64,000 nucleotides of DNA from NCBI GenBank assembly GCA_944389195.1, contig CALXLM010000020.1:10328-74327 (forward strand). Reading direction: 5' to 3'. The notes below the pieces were generated by a model, which was not told the origin of the DNA, made no database searches, and saw nothing but the letters and a program-made list of their open reading frames with translations. Made by a program: the position numbers and the translations under genes. Each line of letters begins with the position of its first letter. The first letter of the stretch is position 1. Shown one piece after another: positions 39,827 through 48,276 of this stretch. This DNA is from an uncultured Opitutales bacterium. GTDB lineage: Bacteria; Verrucomicrobiota; Verrucomicrobiia; Opitutales; Intestinicryptomonadaceae.

Positions 39827-40273
39827 TCACAACATCTTAAGCTGTTCCTCTATCCTCGCGAGGGCCTCCTCTGAAAGGCCCTTCGGCGACGCCCTTTCGC
39901 CGCTGGCGCCGGCGTCCACCGTTTGGGTGGAGCGGGGCTTTGCGGAAGAAAGTTTCTGCACCACGCCGGCAAGCGCGTTGAAATCCGCAAGCGATATTTC
40001 GCCGCAGTTGCAGAGAATGTCGAAAACCATCTCCCACAGCAGGGCCATCGACGCCTGCTGCGTGTCGAGAACGGCGTTCCGGGACATCTCGTCCGCCCTC
40101 AGCTTTGCCTCCCTTATGCGCTTCAAATGCGATGCGAAGCCACTGCCGAAACTCTCCAAACGGCTTTTTCCGGCAGCGCACGCCGCCCGTGAACCCACGT
40201 CGCCGTCAGATACGCCGCACGTCCCGGTTTCCTCGTCCGGAGAATCAGATCTTTTTTTCCTTGCCGAAGCCAT
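39827..40273 (-). CDS. Mu gp27-like putative small terminase (N-terminally divergent)
   Basis: Position directly before TerL; C-terminal GLSEEALARIEEQL and helical core resemble the DUF3486 C-terminal half. Confidence 0.55.
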   Translation of the reverse strand: MASARKKRSDSPDEETGTCGVSDGDVGSRAACAAGKSRLESFGSGFASHLKRIREAKLRADEMSRNAVLDTQQASMALLWEMVFDILCNCGEISLADFNALAGVVQKLSSAKPRSTQTVDAGASGERASPKGLSEEALARIEEQLKML

Positions 40274-40534
40274 TTAGTAGTCCCCCGACTCCAGATAATC
40301 CCTGCCGGCAGGCGAAAGCCTTAACCGGACATGTCCCGACGAAATTTTCGACCTGCACAGTTCAAGATACCCTTTCCCCGCCAGATATTCGATGTCGGAA
40401 AGCAGCTCCTTTTCCGAAAAGACGAAGCCCGCTACGGCAAGTCCGGCGGCGAGCGTTTCCAGCGGGAGGCTCGCCGGGGACGCGGCCTCCAGCTGGGCGA
40501 GCACCGCGCGCCGAAAAAACAGTTTGTCGGCCAT
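40274..40534 (-). CDS. Mu gp26-like winged-helix protein
   Basis: 86 aa; R..VL..L, LLSDIEYLAGKGYL, LRLSPAGRDYL; syntenic with gp27/gp28. Confidence 0.65.
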   Translation of the reverse strand: MADKLFFRRAVLAQLEAASPASLPLETLAAGLAVAGFVFSEKELLSDIEYLAGKGYLELCRSKISSGHVRLRLSPAGRDYLESGDY

Positions 40535-40535
40535 A

Positions 40536-40976
40536 TCAGACCTCCCCCTTCATTTTCATCACTATGCGGTCGGTTTTCATCGAAAGCTCCGCAATGCGCT
40601 GAAAAGCCATCTGGGATTGCGCAACAAGCGCGCTTACGTTTTGCGCGTTTTTGCACACGAGTTCCCGCGTCTCCGAAAGGTTGTTCGAATACTGCTTTTG
40701 AAGGGCGCGCGTCTCCTCGCGTATCTCGGCGCGGAGCGAGCGCAAATCCTGGACGGCTTCCGATATCGACCTCATCATTTCGGCGCGAAGCTTGTCCATC
40801 TGGACGTGCGTGACATACGTGAGTTTAGGATCGGGGCGCTCCTCGTGGTGTTCCCTAATCCGCAAAATGAGATAATAAGCCCCGAGCAGCGACGTGAGCG
40901 TTATCACCGCCGTTCCGAGCACCGTTGAATTTTCAATGTCCATATCCGCCGATTCTACCGCGCGCGGGCGGCCCAT
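40536..40976 (-). CDS. Mu gp25-like membrane-anchored coiled-coil protein
   Basis: N-terminal TM followed by coiled coil; first gene of the tightly packed operon (alternative start 40943). Confidence 0.5.
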   Translation of the reverse strand: MGRPRAVESADMDIENSTVLGTAVITLTSLLGAYYLILRIREHHEERPDPKLTYVTHVQMDKLRAEMMRSISEAVQDLRSLRAEIREETRALQKQYSNNLSETRELVCKNAQNVSALVAQSQMAFQRIAELSMKTDRIVMKMKGEV

Positions 40977-41047
40977 GCAAAAGAACTTTTGATATTTTGT
41001 AAAAACGCTTGCAAACGCACCTTTTGAACCTACACTCGTCCGGGCGT

Positions 41048-41713
41048 ATGAAAAAGCTTAATACTATATTGACGGGAATATTCGCCGCGCTCTCTTTCGG
41101 ATGCGCGACGTGCGAAAGCGACGGCGGCTGGAAGCCGCTTTTTGGGGACAATTTGTCTGAAGCCGACTATGATCCAAAAGTATGGTCACTGTCGTCGGAC
41201 GGCGTGCTTTCCGCCGAAAAGGACCAAATAATATTTACAAAAAAAGATTGGAGCAATTTCGAGCTTGAACTCGATTTCAAGATTTTTGAAGGCTCCAACA
41301 GCGGCGTCGTGGTTTACTGCAGCGACATTAAAAAGTGGATTCCAAACTCCATAGAAATACAGATTGCCGACAACAGAAAGTTCGGAAAGCCGAGATGGAC
41401 CTGCGGTTCCGTTTTCGGGCTTGTCCCGTCAGAGTGGGACGCCACCCTTCCGCTTGGCGAGTGGCATAAAATGAAAGTGCGCTGCGACGGCAAAAAAATC
41501 GACGCTTGGATTAACGGCAAACACATATCGCACATGGATATGTCCAAGTGGACCGACTTGAAGAAAAATCCCGACGGTTCCGACATACTGCCGTGGATTG
41601 CCAAAGTGAAAAAATGCGAAGCCCCGACCTTCGGCAAAATCGGGCTTCAGGGAAAGCACGGGGAAGCCCCCATAAATTTTAGAAACGTAAAGATAAGGGA
41701 AATAAAGAAATAG
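41048..41713 (+). CDS. DUF1080 (3-keto-disaccharide hydrolase-like) lipoprotein
   Basis: Lipobox-like SFGC; WKPLF, NFELELDFKI, NSGV, EIQIAD, GEWH, GKIGLQGKHG, FRNVKIRE. Confidence 0.88.
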   Translation: MKKLNTILTGIFAALSFGCATCESDGGWKPLFGDNLSEADYDPKVWSLSSDGVLSAEKDQIIFTKKDWSNFELELDFKIFEGSNSGVVVYCSDIKKWIPNSIEIQIADNRKFGKPRWTCGSVFGLVPSEWDATLPLGEWHKMKVRCDGKKIDAWINGKHISHMDMSKWTDLKKNPDGSDILPWIAKVKKCEAPTFGKIGLQGKHGEAPINFRNVKIREIKK

Positions 41714-41725
41714 CGCCGCAAAAAC

Positions 41726-41764
41726 AAAAAAAAAGATTCCGGAAATTCCGGAATCTTTTTTTTT
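41726..41764. terminator. Bidirectional terminator
   Basis: A9-gattccgga-aat-tccggaatc-T9 between convergent genes. Confidence 0.9.
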
Positions 41765-41871
41765 GCAAACGCGCTCCGAAACTCGCAAAGCGCTCTACCC
41801 GAAACTTGTAAAACGCGCCCAGTAGCACGCAAAACGCCCCACCTAAATCTTGTAAAACTCTCCCCAAGCCC
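41765..41871. repeat. Five degenerate 20-23 bp tandem units starting G(C/T)AAA
   Basis: Units start at 41765, 41785, 41808, 41829 and 41852. Confidence 0.55.
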
Positions 41872-41889
41872 AAGCAATCTGGGGCATTT

Positions 41890-43035
41890 TTATCTCATCG
41901 GGCAACCGACGTTATTTTCAAAAACAAAGTCCTTTCCATGCGATCCGAGATCGCGCTTCATCTCGTCCATATAGCCGCCGAAAAGAGTATTGTTTGCTAT
42001 TACGGAATATGAAAGCCGCCTTAGAATGAATCCCACATTCGGAGTATATTTTCCCTTTCCTTTATCGTCGCGTCCGGCCCGAAACGAATTGCCCACAACA
42101 CACAAGCCTTTTGAGCCGTCGAAAATAACCTGCGCCGACACTTCTCCTACGGGTAGCATGCTGCTGTCCTTTCCGCATCTTCTAAATAGGTTTCCCGTAA
42201 CGCTGACAGCCGTAACATTTTCGGTTTTCAACCCGGCGCCCCAGTTTCTGTCGAACGAATTGCCCGTAATGTTCCATGTGTCGCCGGCGGGAATGTACAG
42301 CCCGTGTCTTTGGTTCCATTCCACGCGGTTCGAAGTAAACATCACCGTGGAGCCCACATTTTCGCAGCCGAATCCGTGAAGCCCGTTCCCCGAAAATTGG
42401 TTGTCCAAAACGAATCCGTCCCAACCCATTATCGCCATTCCGCACCCGCCGTTATTAAAGCACTGGCTGTGGCGCACTATAAAGAGCCATATGCGTTTCA
42501 GATATATACCGTGCCCGGAAAAGTTTTGGACTTTTGTATCGTCTATGACGACAGTGTCCTCCTTGGGGCTGTACTTTTGGCAGTTGTTCAGAAATATGCC
42601 GTGGATTTTGCGCTTTGACTTCGGGATGCCGGTAAGGGTAAGCCCGCGTATCCTCACGCCGAAAGCGCCGGTTATGTCGAGAAGGCAGTAGGCGTCCTCG
42701 GAGTCGAGCTTGAGTACTGCGCCCCTGTCCTCGCCCCTGAAAATCCATTGGGGCTCCGCGACCAGAGTGGTGTGCGGGTGCGCCTTTAATTCCGAGCACA
42801 AATATATCCCGCTCGGGAAATAAACAGCCCCCTCGACCTTTCCGGCGGCGTCGAGAGCGGCCTGGATTGCTTTCCCGTCATGCGTGGCGCCGTCCCCCTT
42901 CGCGCCGAAATCCCGCACGTTGAAAACAGAAGATGCACGATACTCCGCTCCGGCATGCAGGCCCGAAGGCATGGACGCCGCCACGGCGGCGGCCGAAAAC
43001 AAGCCGGTTCCCTTTATAAAATCTCTTTTGTTCAT
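41890..43035 (-). CDS. Right-handed beta-helix protein (pectate lyase superfamily) with Tat-like signal
   Basis: KRDFIK signal; FNVRDFGAKGDGATHD..AIQAALD, VYFPSGIY, Asn-ladder repeats. Confidence 0.85.
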   Translation of the reverse strand: MNKRDFIKGTGLFSAAAVAASMPSGLHAGAEYRASSVFNVRDFGAKGDGATHDGKAIQAALDAAGKVEGAVYFPSGIYLCSELKAHPHTTLVAEPQWIFRGEDRGAVLKLDSEDAYCLLDITGAFGVRIRGLTLTGIPKSKRKIHGIFLNNCQKYSPKEDTVVIDDTKVQNFSGHGIYLKRIWLFIVRHSQCFNNGGCGMAIMGWDGFVLDNQFSGNGLHGFGCENVGSTVMFTSNRVEWNQRHGLYIPAGDTWNITGNSFDRNWGAGLKTENVTAVSVTGNLFRRCGKDSSMLPVGEVSAQVIFDGSKGLCVVGNSFRAGRDDKGKGKYTPNVGFILRRLSYSVIANNTLFGGYMDEMKRDLGSHGKDFVFENNVGCPMR

Positions 43036-43180
43036 CTATGTGATACTACTTTTTTCCGCACGAAATGCCAAGTAAAAAAACCGACATTTATTTATAATCA
43101 AAAATATCAAAAAATATAGTTTTACCCAAAGTTTCCAAAGTAAATTTGCCCCGCCGGAAAATTTTGATATCATTTGCGGC

Positions 43181-44458
43181 ATGAATGCGAAAACAAATAT
43201 CCCGGCGGTAAGTTCGCGCATAATAAGGGCGCGGTTCAACCCCATAAGAAATTTGCGTCCCGACGTTTTGTCGCGGGCGCTTGAAGAATTCGAAGCCGGA
43301 AGGCTCGGAAGCGCTTCCAGAATTTTCGAGGCCATACTTAGGCGCGACGACATCATCTGCGGCCTGAATTTAAAAAGAAAAAAATCCATCGCCCGCCTCG
43401 AAAGCGAAATAGTCGTTGACGACGACTCCGCACGAGCCTTCAAGCACAAGGAAATTTTGTCCGAATTCTACTCCACCCTCGAGGCGCGCAGCTTCTGCGA
43501 CGGAAACCAGCGGGGCGGATTGAGAATGCTCGTATCGCAAATGATGGACGCAGTCCCCATGAAATACTCCGCGCACAAAATCGAATTTTTCGAAAGCGGG
43601 GGCAAGGTAAGGGGAATATTCAAGCAGTATCCGCTTTGGCTTTTTGAAAACACGAGCGGGAAGCTTCGAATCCTCAAAAGCGAAGGGCAGCTTACCGACG
43701 GCGACCCGCTCGACGAAGACGAATGGATGGTGACGTGCGGGGACGGCCTAATGGCGGCTTCTTCAATAGCGTACATTTTCAAACAGCTTCCGCTGAAAGA
43801 CTGGCTGATATACTGCGAGCGCAACGGAATGCCGGGAATAAAGGCCAAGACCGACGCATTTCCAGACTCCCCGCAATGGGAAGCCGCATGCGAAGCCGTT
43901 GCAGACTTCGGAGCGGAGTTCCATGCAGTCCTTTCCGAAGGGACAGACATCGAAGCCATAGACCTTTCGACCCGCGGCGAACTGCCGTACCCAGCGCTTG
44001 TGGAAAGGGTTGACCGCATGCTGTGCGCGCTCTGGAGGGGCAGCGACTTAAGCACCATAAGCGGGAAAAACCAGCAGGGCGCAAGCGTCCAATGGTATGA
44101 AAGCACCCTGATAGAGGAGGCCGACGCGGCAATGATAAGCGACACCCTCAACAGAAACGTCGATGCGCAGGTGATAAAGCTGGCCCTCGGGGACGACGCG
44201 CCTCTGGCCAAGTTCAAGCTCAAGCTGCCCGACTATGAAATGCACAAGTACGAGCTTGAAATAATAGAGCGTCTCGCCGCGCTCGGACTAAAGCCCGACC
44301 TAACCGAGCTGTCGCGCAGATTCGCAGTGCCCGCAAACGGCGGAGGCGGCGAAAACGCCGGGGAAATCCGCGGCGGGTCAGCCGGCGATCCGGAAAACAA
44401 CGGTGCAGAAAGCCAAAATTCCGAAGGGAAAGAGGACGAGCAGCATGAAAGCAGATAA
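43181..44458 (+). CDS. Mu gp29-like (DUF935) portal protein
   Basis: ILRRDDII...LKRK, DWLIYCERNGMP, VLSEGTDIE, length 425 aa, synteny with protease and capsid genes. Confidence 0.85.
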   Translation: MNAKTNIPAVSSRIIRARFNPIRNLRPDVLSRALEEFEAGRLGSASRIFEAILRRDDIICGLNLKRKKSIARLESEIVVDDDSARAFKHKEILSEFYSTLEARSFCDGNQRGGLRMLVSQMMDAVPMKYSAHKIEFFESGGKVRGIFKQYPLWLFENTSGKLRILKSEGQLTDGDPLDEDEWMVTCGDGLMAASSIAYIFKQLPLKDWLIYCERNGMPGIKAKTDAFPDSPQWEAACEAVADFGAEFHAVLSEGTDIEAIDLSTRGELPYPALVERVDRMLCALWRGSDLSTISGKNQQGASVQWYESTLIEEADAAMISDTLNRNVDAQVIKLALGDDAPLAKFKLKLPDYEMHKYELEIIERLAALGLKPDLTELSRRFAVPANGGGGENAGEIRGGSAGDPENNGAESQNSEGKEDEQHESR

Positions 44459-45158
44459 CGAGCTTCTGCAAGTGTTGTGTCCGTTCGGAGAGTGGCCCCA
44501 CCCCAAAGGCACACAGATCGTCGATGAAGAATCGGCGCGTAGCATGAAGCGCGCCGCGGCTTGGAAAAGCCTGACCGGCATTCCCATATACATAGGGCAC
44601 CCAGACGACGGCGGCAAAAAAACGCCCGCCGTCGGCAGGGTAAAGCGCATATGCCGCACAAAAGGCGGCATAGCGGTGGTCGCGGAGTATTCTAAAGCGG
44701 CCTACGAGCAAATCGTCGGGGGAAAGTACCGCGCAATGTCTCCCCGCTGGCAGATGAAGCCCCTCGGAAACGGCAAGTTCCGACCCGTAAAGCTCATATC
44801 GGTAGGCCTTACAAACAACCCAAACATAGAGCCGAGCGGACGCATTCTGGAGTTTCTAAGCGCCCCCGACGCCCTGTCAGAATATTCCAGACGCGGGCGC
44901 ATCGCAAGAGACAGAATAAAAAAGCTGTCGGAGTCCGCAAAATCGTGCTCCCGCGCTCTCGAAAACATTCGAAAAAGCGTGGCGTCGCTGGAGATTTCTG
45001 AACGCTTGGCGGTGCGCAAAGCCCGCGAAAGCCGCGCCGAAACGCCCGCGGCAAGCCTTGCCGACATGGCGCGCGAGCGCAGCAAACGGCTCGGCGAGCC
45101 ATATACAAAAAGTTTCGCCGCAGTTAAACGCGAACATCTCAACGGAAAACGGCGTTAA
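44445..45158 (+). CDS. Mu I-like prohead protease with short scaffold-like C-terminus
   Basis: PIYIGHPD (His), AVGRV, YRAMSPRW (Ser), LISVGLTNNPNI; start trimmed to MKADNE, overlapping the portal stop. Confidence 0.85.
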   Translation: MKADNELLQVLCPFGEWPHPKGTQIVDEESARSMKRAAAWKSLTGIPIYIGHPDDGGKKTPAVGRVKRICRTKGGIAVVAEYSKAAYEQIVGGKYRAMSPRWQMKPLGNGKFRPVKLISVGLTNNPNIEPSGRILEFLSAPDALSEYSRRGRIARDRIKKLSESAKSCSRALENIRKSVASLEISERLAVRKARESRAETPAASLADMARERSKRLGEPYTKSFAAVKREHLNGKRR

Positions 45159-45205
45159 CACGCGCCTTTTTTCACACAAAAAAAATAAAAATAAAAACTG
45201 ACAAT

Positions 45206-45901
45206 ATGACTAAATATAAAAAATTGTGCGCGCGCCTTCTCGAAGGGATCGGCGCGGCGTTCGGGAGACGGTTCTGCGCTTTCAGCAACATAGCCGAAGG
45301 CACACATGCCGGATCCATAACAATGACGGCGGAAGAGGCCGTTGACCAACCCAACCTCGTGGTGAAGGCCGGCGCAAGCGACGGCGGATTCTCCGTTGCG
45401 GGCGTCGCCGACAAGCCGCTCGGAATATGTTCCGACGAAGGCGCCGCAGGCGACAAGCTTGCCGTGCTGCTTCCGGGTTCGGCCGAAAGCACCATGATTT
45501 GCCGTGCAGCCGGATCCGTAAACGCCGGAGAAAGCGTGTACACGGCGGCAAACGGCAAGGTAAGCTCGGCCGCCGCGGACGGATCCTACAAGATAGGCGT
45601 GGCTTTGTGCTCCGCGGCGTCGGGCGGCGTGGTGGAGGTTGACCCGCAAGGGTTCGGGGAATCAGCTTGGCAATTCTACGCATGCGGAATTCACACGTGG
45701 GACAACGACACCGCCTCGAGCACGCTCGGCTGCTCCGGACTAAACGAAGGCGACGTTGTAATCGCCTCGGTTCAATCCGCCGGCTCCTCCGAAAAAACCG
45801 TAAAGGCCAGCGCAGACTCGGCGGGAATAACATTCACCCTCGATTCCGCCGGGAAGTCGGGCTCTACAAAAATATCGTGGATAGCAATAAGAAAGAACTA
45901 A
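45206..45901 (+). CDS. Capsid decoration/cement (DUF2190-like) protein with C-terminal extension
   Basis: Gly/Ala-rich beta motifs PLGICSD, AAGSVNAGESVYTAANGKV, IGVAL..A..GGVVEV; located between protease and capsid genes. Confidence 0.65.
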   Translation: MTKYKKLCARLLEGIGAAFGRRFCAFSNIAEGTHAGSITMTAEEAVDQPNLVVKAGASDGGFSVAGVADKPLGICSDEGAAGDKLAVLLPGSAESTMICRAAGSVNAGESVYTAANGKVSSAAADGSYKIGVALCSAASGGVVEVDPQGFGESAWQFYACGIHTWDNDTASSTLGCSGLNEGDVVIASVQSAGSSEKTVKASADSAGITFTLDSAGKSGSTKISWIAIRKN

Positions 45902-45905
45902 GGCA

Positions 45906-46832
45906 ATGCAGGAAGAAAACATCATAACCGCAAACGAAAACAGGTTCACCGCAGGCAACTATTCCGAGGCTCTTACGGCGTTTACAGTCGGTTGGACAGA
46001 CCCCGACAACACCGCCGAAATTCTCGACTTCATCGCCCCGCCCGTTCCGGTGGGGCGCAGGTTCGAGTTCAAGCGCAGCGACAACGCCCAGGCCTTCTAC
46101 TCGGAAAACGACGACGTCCGCTCTATAGGCTCGGAGTTTAAGCGCGTGCGCTACGACGGCGAATCCGTCAACGAGAAAACCCTCAACAAGGGCCTTACGA
46201 TACGCGTCGACCACGATGAAGTCGCCGTGGACGATTGGCAGGAGCGCTATGTGCAAATGCTGCTTCAAAGGCTGCTGCGCAACGAGCTCCGCAGGGCCAT
46301 TACCGCGCTCGACGCGATAGCTTCGCCGATGGACGACGCCGACTGGTCCGGCTCCTCCAACCCGGACGCCGACATACGCATGATGCTCTCGTCGGCGGCG
46401 GACGAAAGCGGCATAAGGCCGAACAGAATCGTCATTGGCGAATCTGCCTGGGACAAACGCATGACATGCCTCGAGTCGCAGAATTCGGCGGTCGCCTTCA
46501 AGGGGGCGGCCATGGCGCAGGACGAGCTTGCGGGGAAGTTTATGCTCGACGGCTGCCGCGTCATATCGTCGAGGTACCAAAGCTCGGCTTCGGAGAAGTC
46601 GAAGGTGCTCGGAAATTCGCTCTATGCGTTCTTTGCGCAAAATGCGGTCTCCAAGGACGAGCCGTCCAATCTCAAGCGTTTCTATACGCCGATGGACGAA
46701 GGCTCGGCGTTCAGGGTGTATTGCGACGAACACGCAAAATATACCGACATTACGGTAGAACACTATTCGAGCATCGTCGCGGCAAGCGGGCTCGGGGTGC
46801 GCAAACTCAAAATAACCGGGGAAGGAGCGTAA
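45906..46832 (+). CDS. Major capsid protein (HK97 fold, lambda E-like)
   Basis: 308 aa; DFIAPPVPV, PNRIVIG..AW; canonical position after protease/decoration and before the head-tail connector. Confidence 0.75.
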   Translation: MQEENIITANENRFTAGNYSEALTAFTVGWTDPDNTAEILDFIAPPVPVGRRFEFKRSDNAQAFYSENDDVRSIGSEFKRVRYDGESVNEKTLNKGLTIRVDHDEVAVDDWQERYVQMLLQRLLRNELRRAITALDAIASPMDDADWSGSSNPDADIRMMLSSAADESGIRPNRIVIGESAWDKRMTCLESQNSAVAFKGAAMAQDELAGKFMLDGCRVISSRYQSSASEKSKVLGNSLYAFFAQNAVSKDEPSNLKRFYTPMDEGSAFRVYCDEHAKYTDITVEHYSSIVAASGLGVRKLKITGEGA

Positions 46833-46839
46833 TACGAAA

Positions 46840-46870
46840 GCGCGCCGGAGTCTCCGCGGCTCCGGCGCGC
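46840..46870 (+). other. Perfect 11-bp GC hairpin after the capsid gene, no U-tract
   Basis: gcgcgccggag-tctccgcgg-ctccggcgcgc. Confidence 0.75.
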
Positions 46871-46884
46871 GCCGCCACAATACC

Positions 46885-47334
46885 ATGGACTGGATAAGAA
46901 TTTTTCCGGAGGACCTCGAGGAGGCTCTCAACAAACCGCAGCTCGACACGCTCAAGGCGGAATCGCTCAAGTCCCTAAAGCGCGACATTTCCGCCGACAT
47001 CATATCGACGATAGTTGCCCGCATAAGGGCGGAAATCGCCACAAGCGGGCTAAACGCCCTTGACGCCGACCATTCCCGCATACCGCCGGAACTTAAAGAC
47101 TGCGCATTAAGGCTCGCAATAGAGTCGCTGCACCTGCGCGTACCCGCCATAGAGATTTCGCAAATGCAGGCAAAACACGCAGACATCGCGCGGGAAACGC
47201 TTGCGCGAATATCGCGCGGAGAGCTCGTCGTCACGCGCCCGCGCATAGGGGTGAAAACCGCAAATCCCAGAAAAGGCGTTTACTCGGACGCCTCCAAAAG
47301 AAACGCAACGAGAAAAACTATGAAAGGAATTTGA
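46885..47334 (+). CDS. Mu gp36-like (DUF1320) head-tail adaptor
   Basis: Helical, IPPELKDCALRLAI..L, LARISRGEL; follows the capsid gene. Confidence 0.7.
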   Translation: MDWIRIFPEDLEEALNKPQLDTLKAESLKSLKRDISADIISTIVARIRAEIATSGLNALDADHSRIPPELKDCALRLAIESLHLRVPAIEISQMQAKHADIARETLARISRGELVVTRPRIGVKTANPRKGVYSDASKRNATRKTMKGI

Positions 47335-47335
47335 C

Positions 47336-47746
47336 ATGGGAAATTTAGAACGCCTGCAACGCTCAGTGGTCGAACTGCTGCGCTCGGTCTCCGATTTGCG
47401 GCTCGCCGACATAAAAGCCGAGGACTCGGACGACAACGCGGGAAAGGCCGAAGGCCTCAGGGTGACGGTTCTTCGTCCGCTGCCGCGCGCCGCCTCAAGG
47501 TATGCCGCCGGCCCCGTGTTTTCCGAAGTGGAGATTTCCGTGGAAATATCGCGCGACAAATCCATAGCTGCGCGCGCCCCCTCCATCATTTCGGCGGCCG
47601 AAAACGTATCGCGCGCCCTGCACAACTGGTCGCCGCCGGTGGCGTGCGGCTACGGGCGCGTGTACCTCTCGCAGGAAAACCCGTGGCTCGCCGACGGGCC
47701 GTCGAAAATAAGAATAATTTTAAACGCCCAATCTGTGCTGCAATGA
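47336..47746 (+). CDS. Putative neck/tail-completion protein (gp37-like by position)
   Basis: Alpha/beta pattern, V...LHNW motif, synteny only. Confidence 0.45.
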   Translation: MGNLERLQRSVVELLRSVSDLRLADIKAEDSDDNAGKAEGLRVTVLRPLPRAASRYAAGPVFSEVEISVEISRDKSIAARAPSIISAAENVSRALHNWSPPVACGYGRVYLSQENPWLADGPSKIRIILNAQSVLQ

Positions 47747-48123
47747 AAATATACTTCGCGCAAACACCCATAAACGAAAACTTCGAGTTTCCCAAAGGCC
47801 TGTCAACAGAGACTAAAAGAATATCGCAGACCGAATTCACGCTAAATTCGGCGACGGCCAAAATCTTCGACAGGGGCAACTCGAAAACGTCCATAACCTT
47901 TACGATTGAGCGGGCCCACCCGAGCGAATCGGCAGCCGACGAATTCGCCCTCACCCACGCCGAAAAGCTCGGCGCGCTTTCGCCCGCGACGCTGTCTTTT
48001 GAAACCGGCCGCGGTAAAAAAACCGAATTCGAAAATACCGCGCTCTCAAGGATAAAAATAGAAACAAACAGGCTTATTACCTCAGCCTACTACGAATTTT
48101 CAGCCCAAAAACCGAAAGGATAA
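47743..48123 (+). CDS. Hypothetical beta-rich virion protein (distal-tail-like?)
   Basis: 126 aa from MKIYFAQ; overlaps the upstream stop; alternating hydrophobic beta pattern. Confidence 0.45.
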   Translation: MKIYFAQTPINENFEFPKGLSTETKRISQTEFTLNSATAKIFDRGNSKTSITFTIERAHPSESAADEFALTHAEKLGALSPATLSFETGRGKKTEFENTALSRIKIETNRLITSAYYEFSAQKPKG

Positions 48124-48125
48124 TT

Positions 48126-48275
48126 ATGACATTGGAAGACCTTGAAATTGAGCTTAGGGACGAAATAGAGCAAATCGAGTCAAAGCTGGACGAGATGGAG
48201 GATGCCGTCGAGCAGATGAAAATAAGCATCGCAGAATGTCTCGAGCAATTAAAAACCCTAAAGTGCGACATTTAA
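48126..48275 (+). CDS. 49-aa acidic coiled-coil peptide
   Basis: Not in the track; MTLEDLEIELRDEIEQIESKLDEMEDAVEQMKISIAECLEQLKTLKCDI exactly fills the gap (2 nt and 1 nt spacers). Confidence 0.6.
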   Translation: MTLEDLEIELRDEIEQIESKLDEMEDAVEQMKISIAECLEQLKTLKCDI

Positions 48276-48276
48276 A

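Noticed and set aside
41048-41066. Partial match of the mini-array spacer (gaaaaagctta-c-atac) to the DUF1080 start region
   Set aside because: 11 contiguous AT-rich bases plus a bulge; compatible with chance.
45906-46832. Encapsulin-type nanocompartment interpretation of the capsid gene
   Set aside because: Co-occurring portal, terminase, protease and adaptor indicate a DNA-packaging head, not a cargo-protein shell.
45864-47246. 460-aa minus-strand ORF over the capsid and adaptor genes
   Set aside because: Antisense shadow of well-supported plus-strand genes; no motifs.
48016-48022. A7 run as a tail-chaperone programmed frameshift
   Set aside because: No recognisable chaperone/TMP pair and no supporting downstream structure identified.
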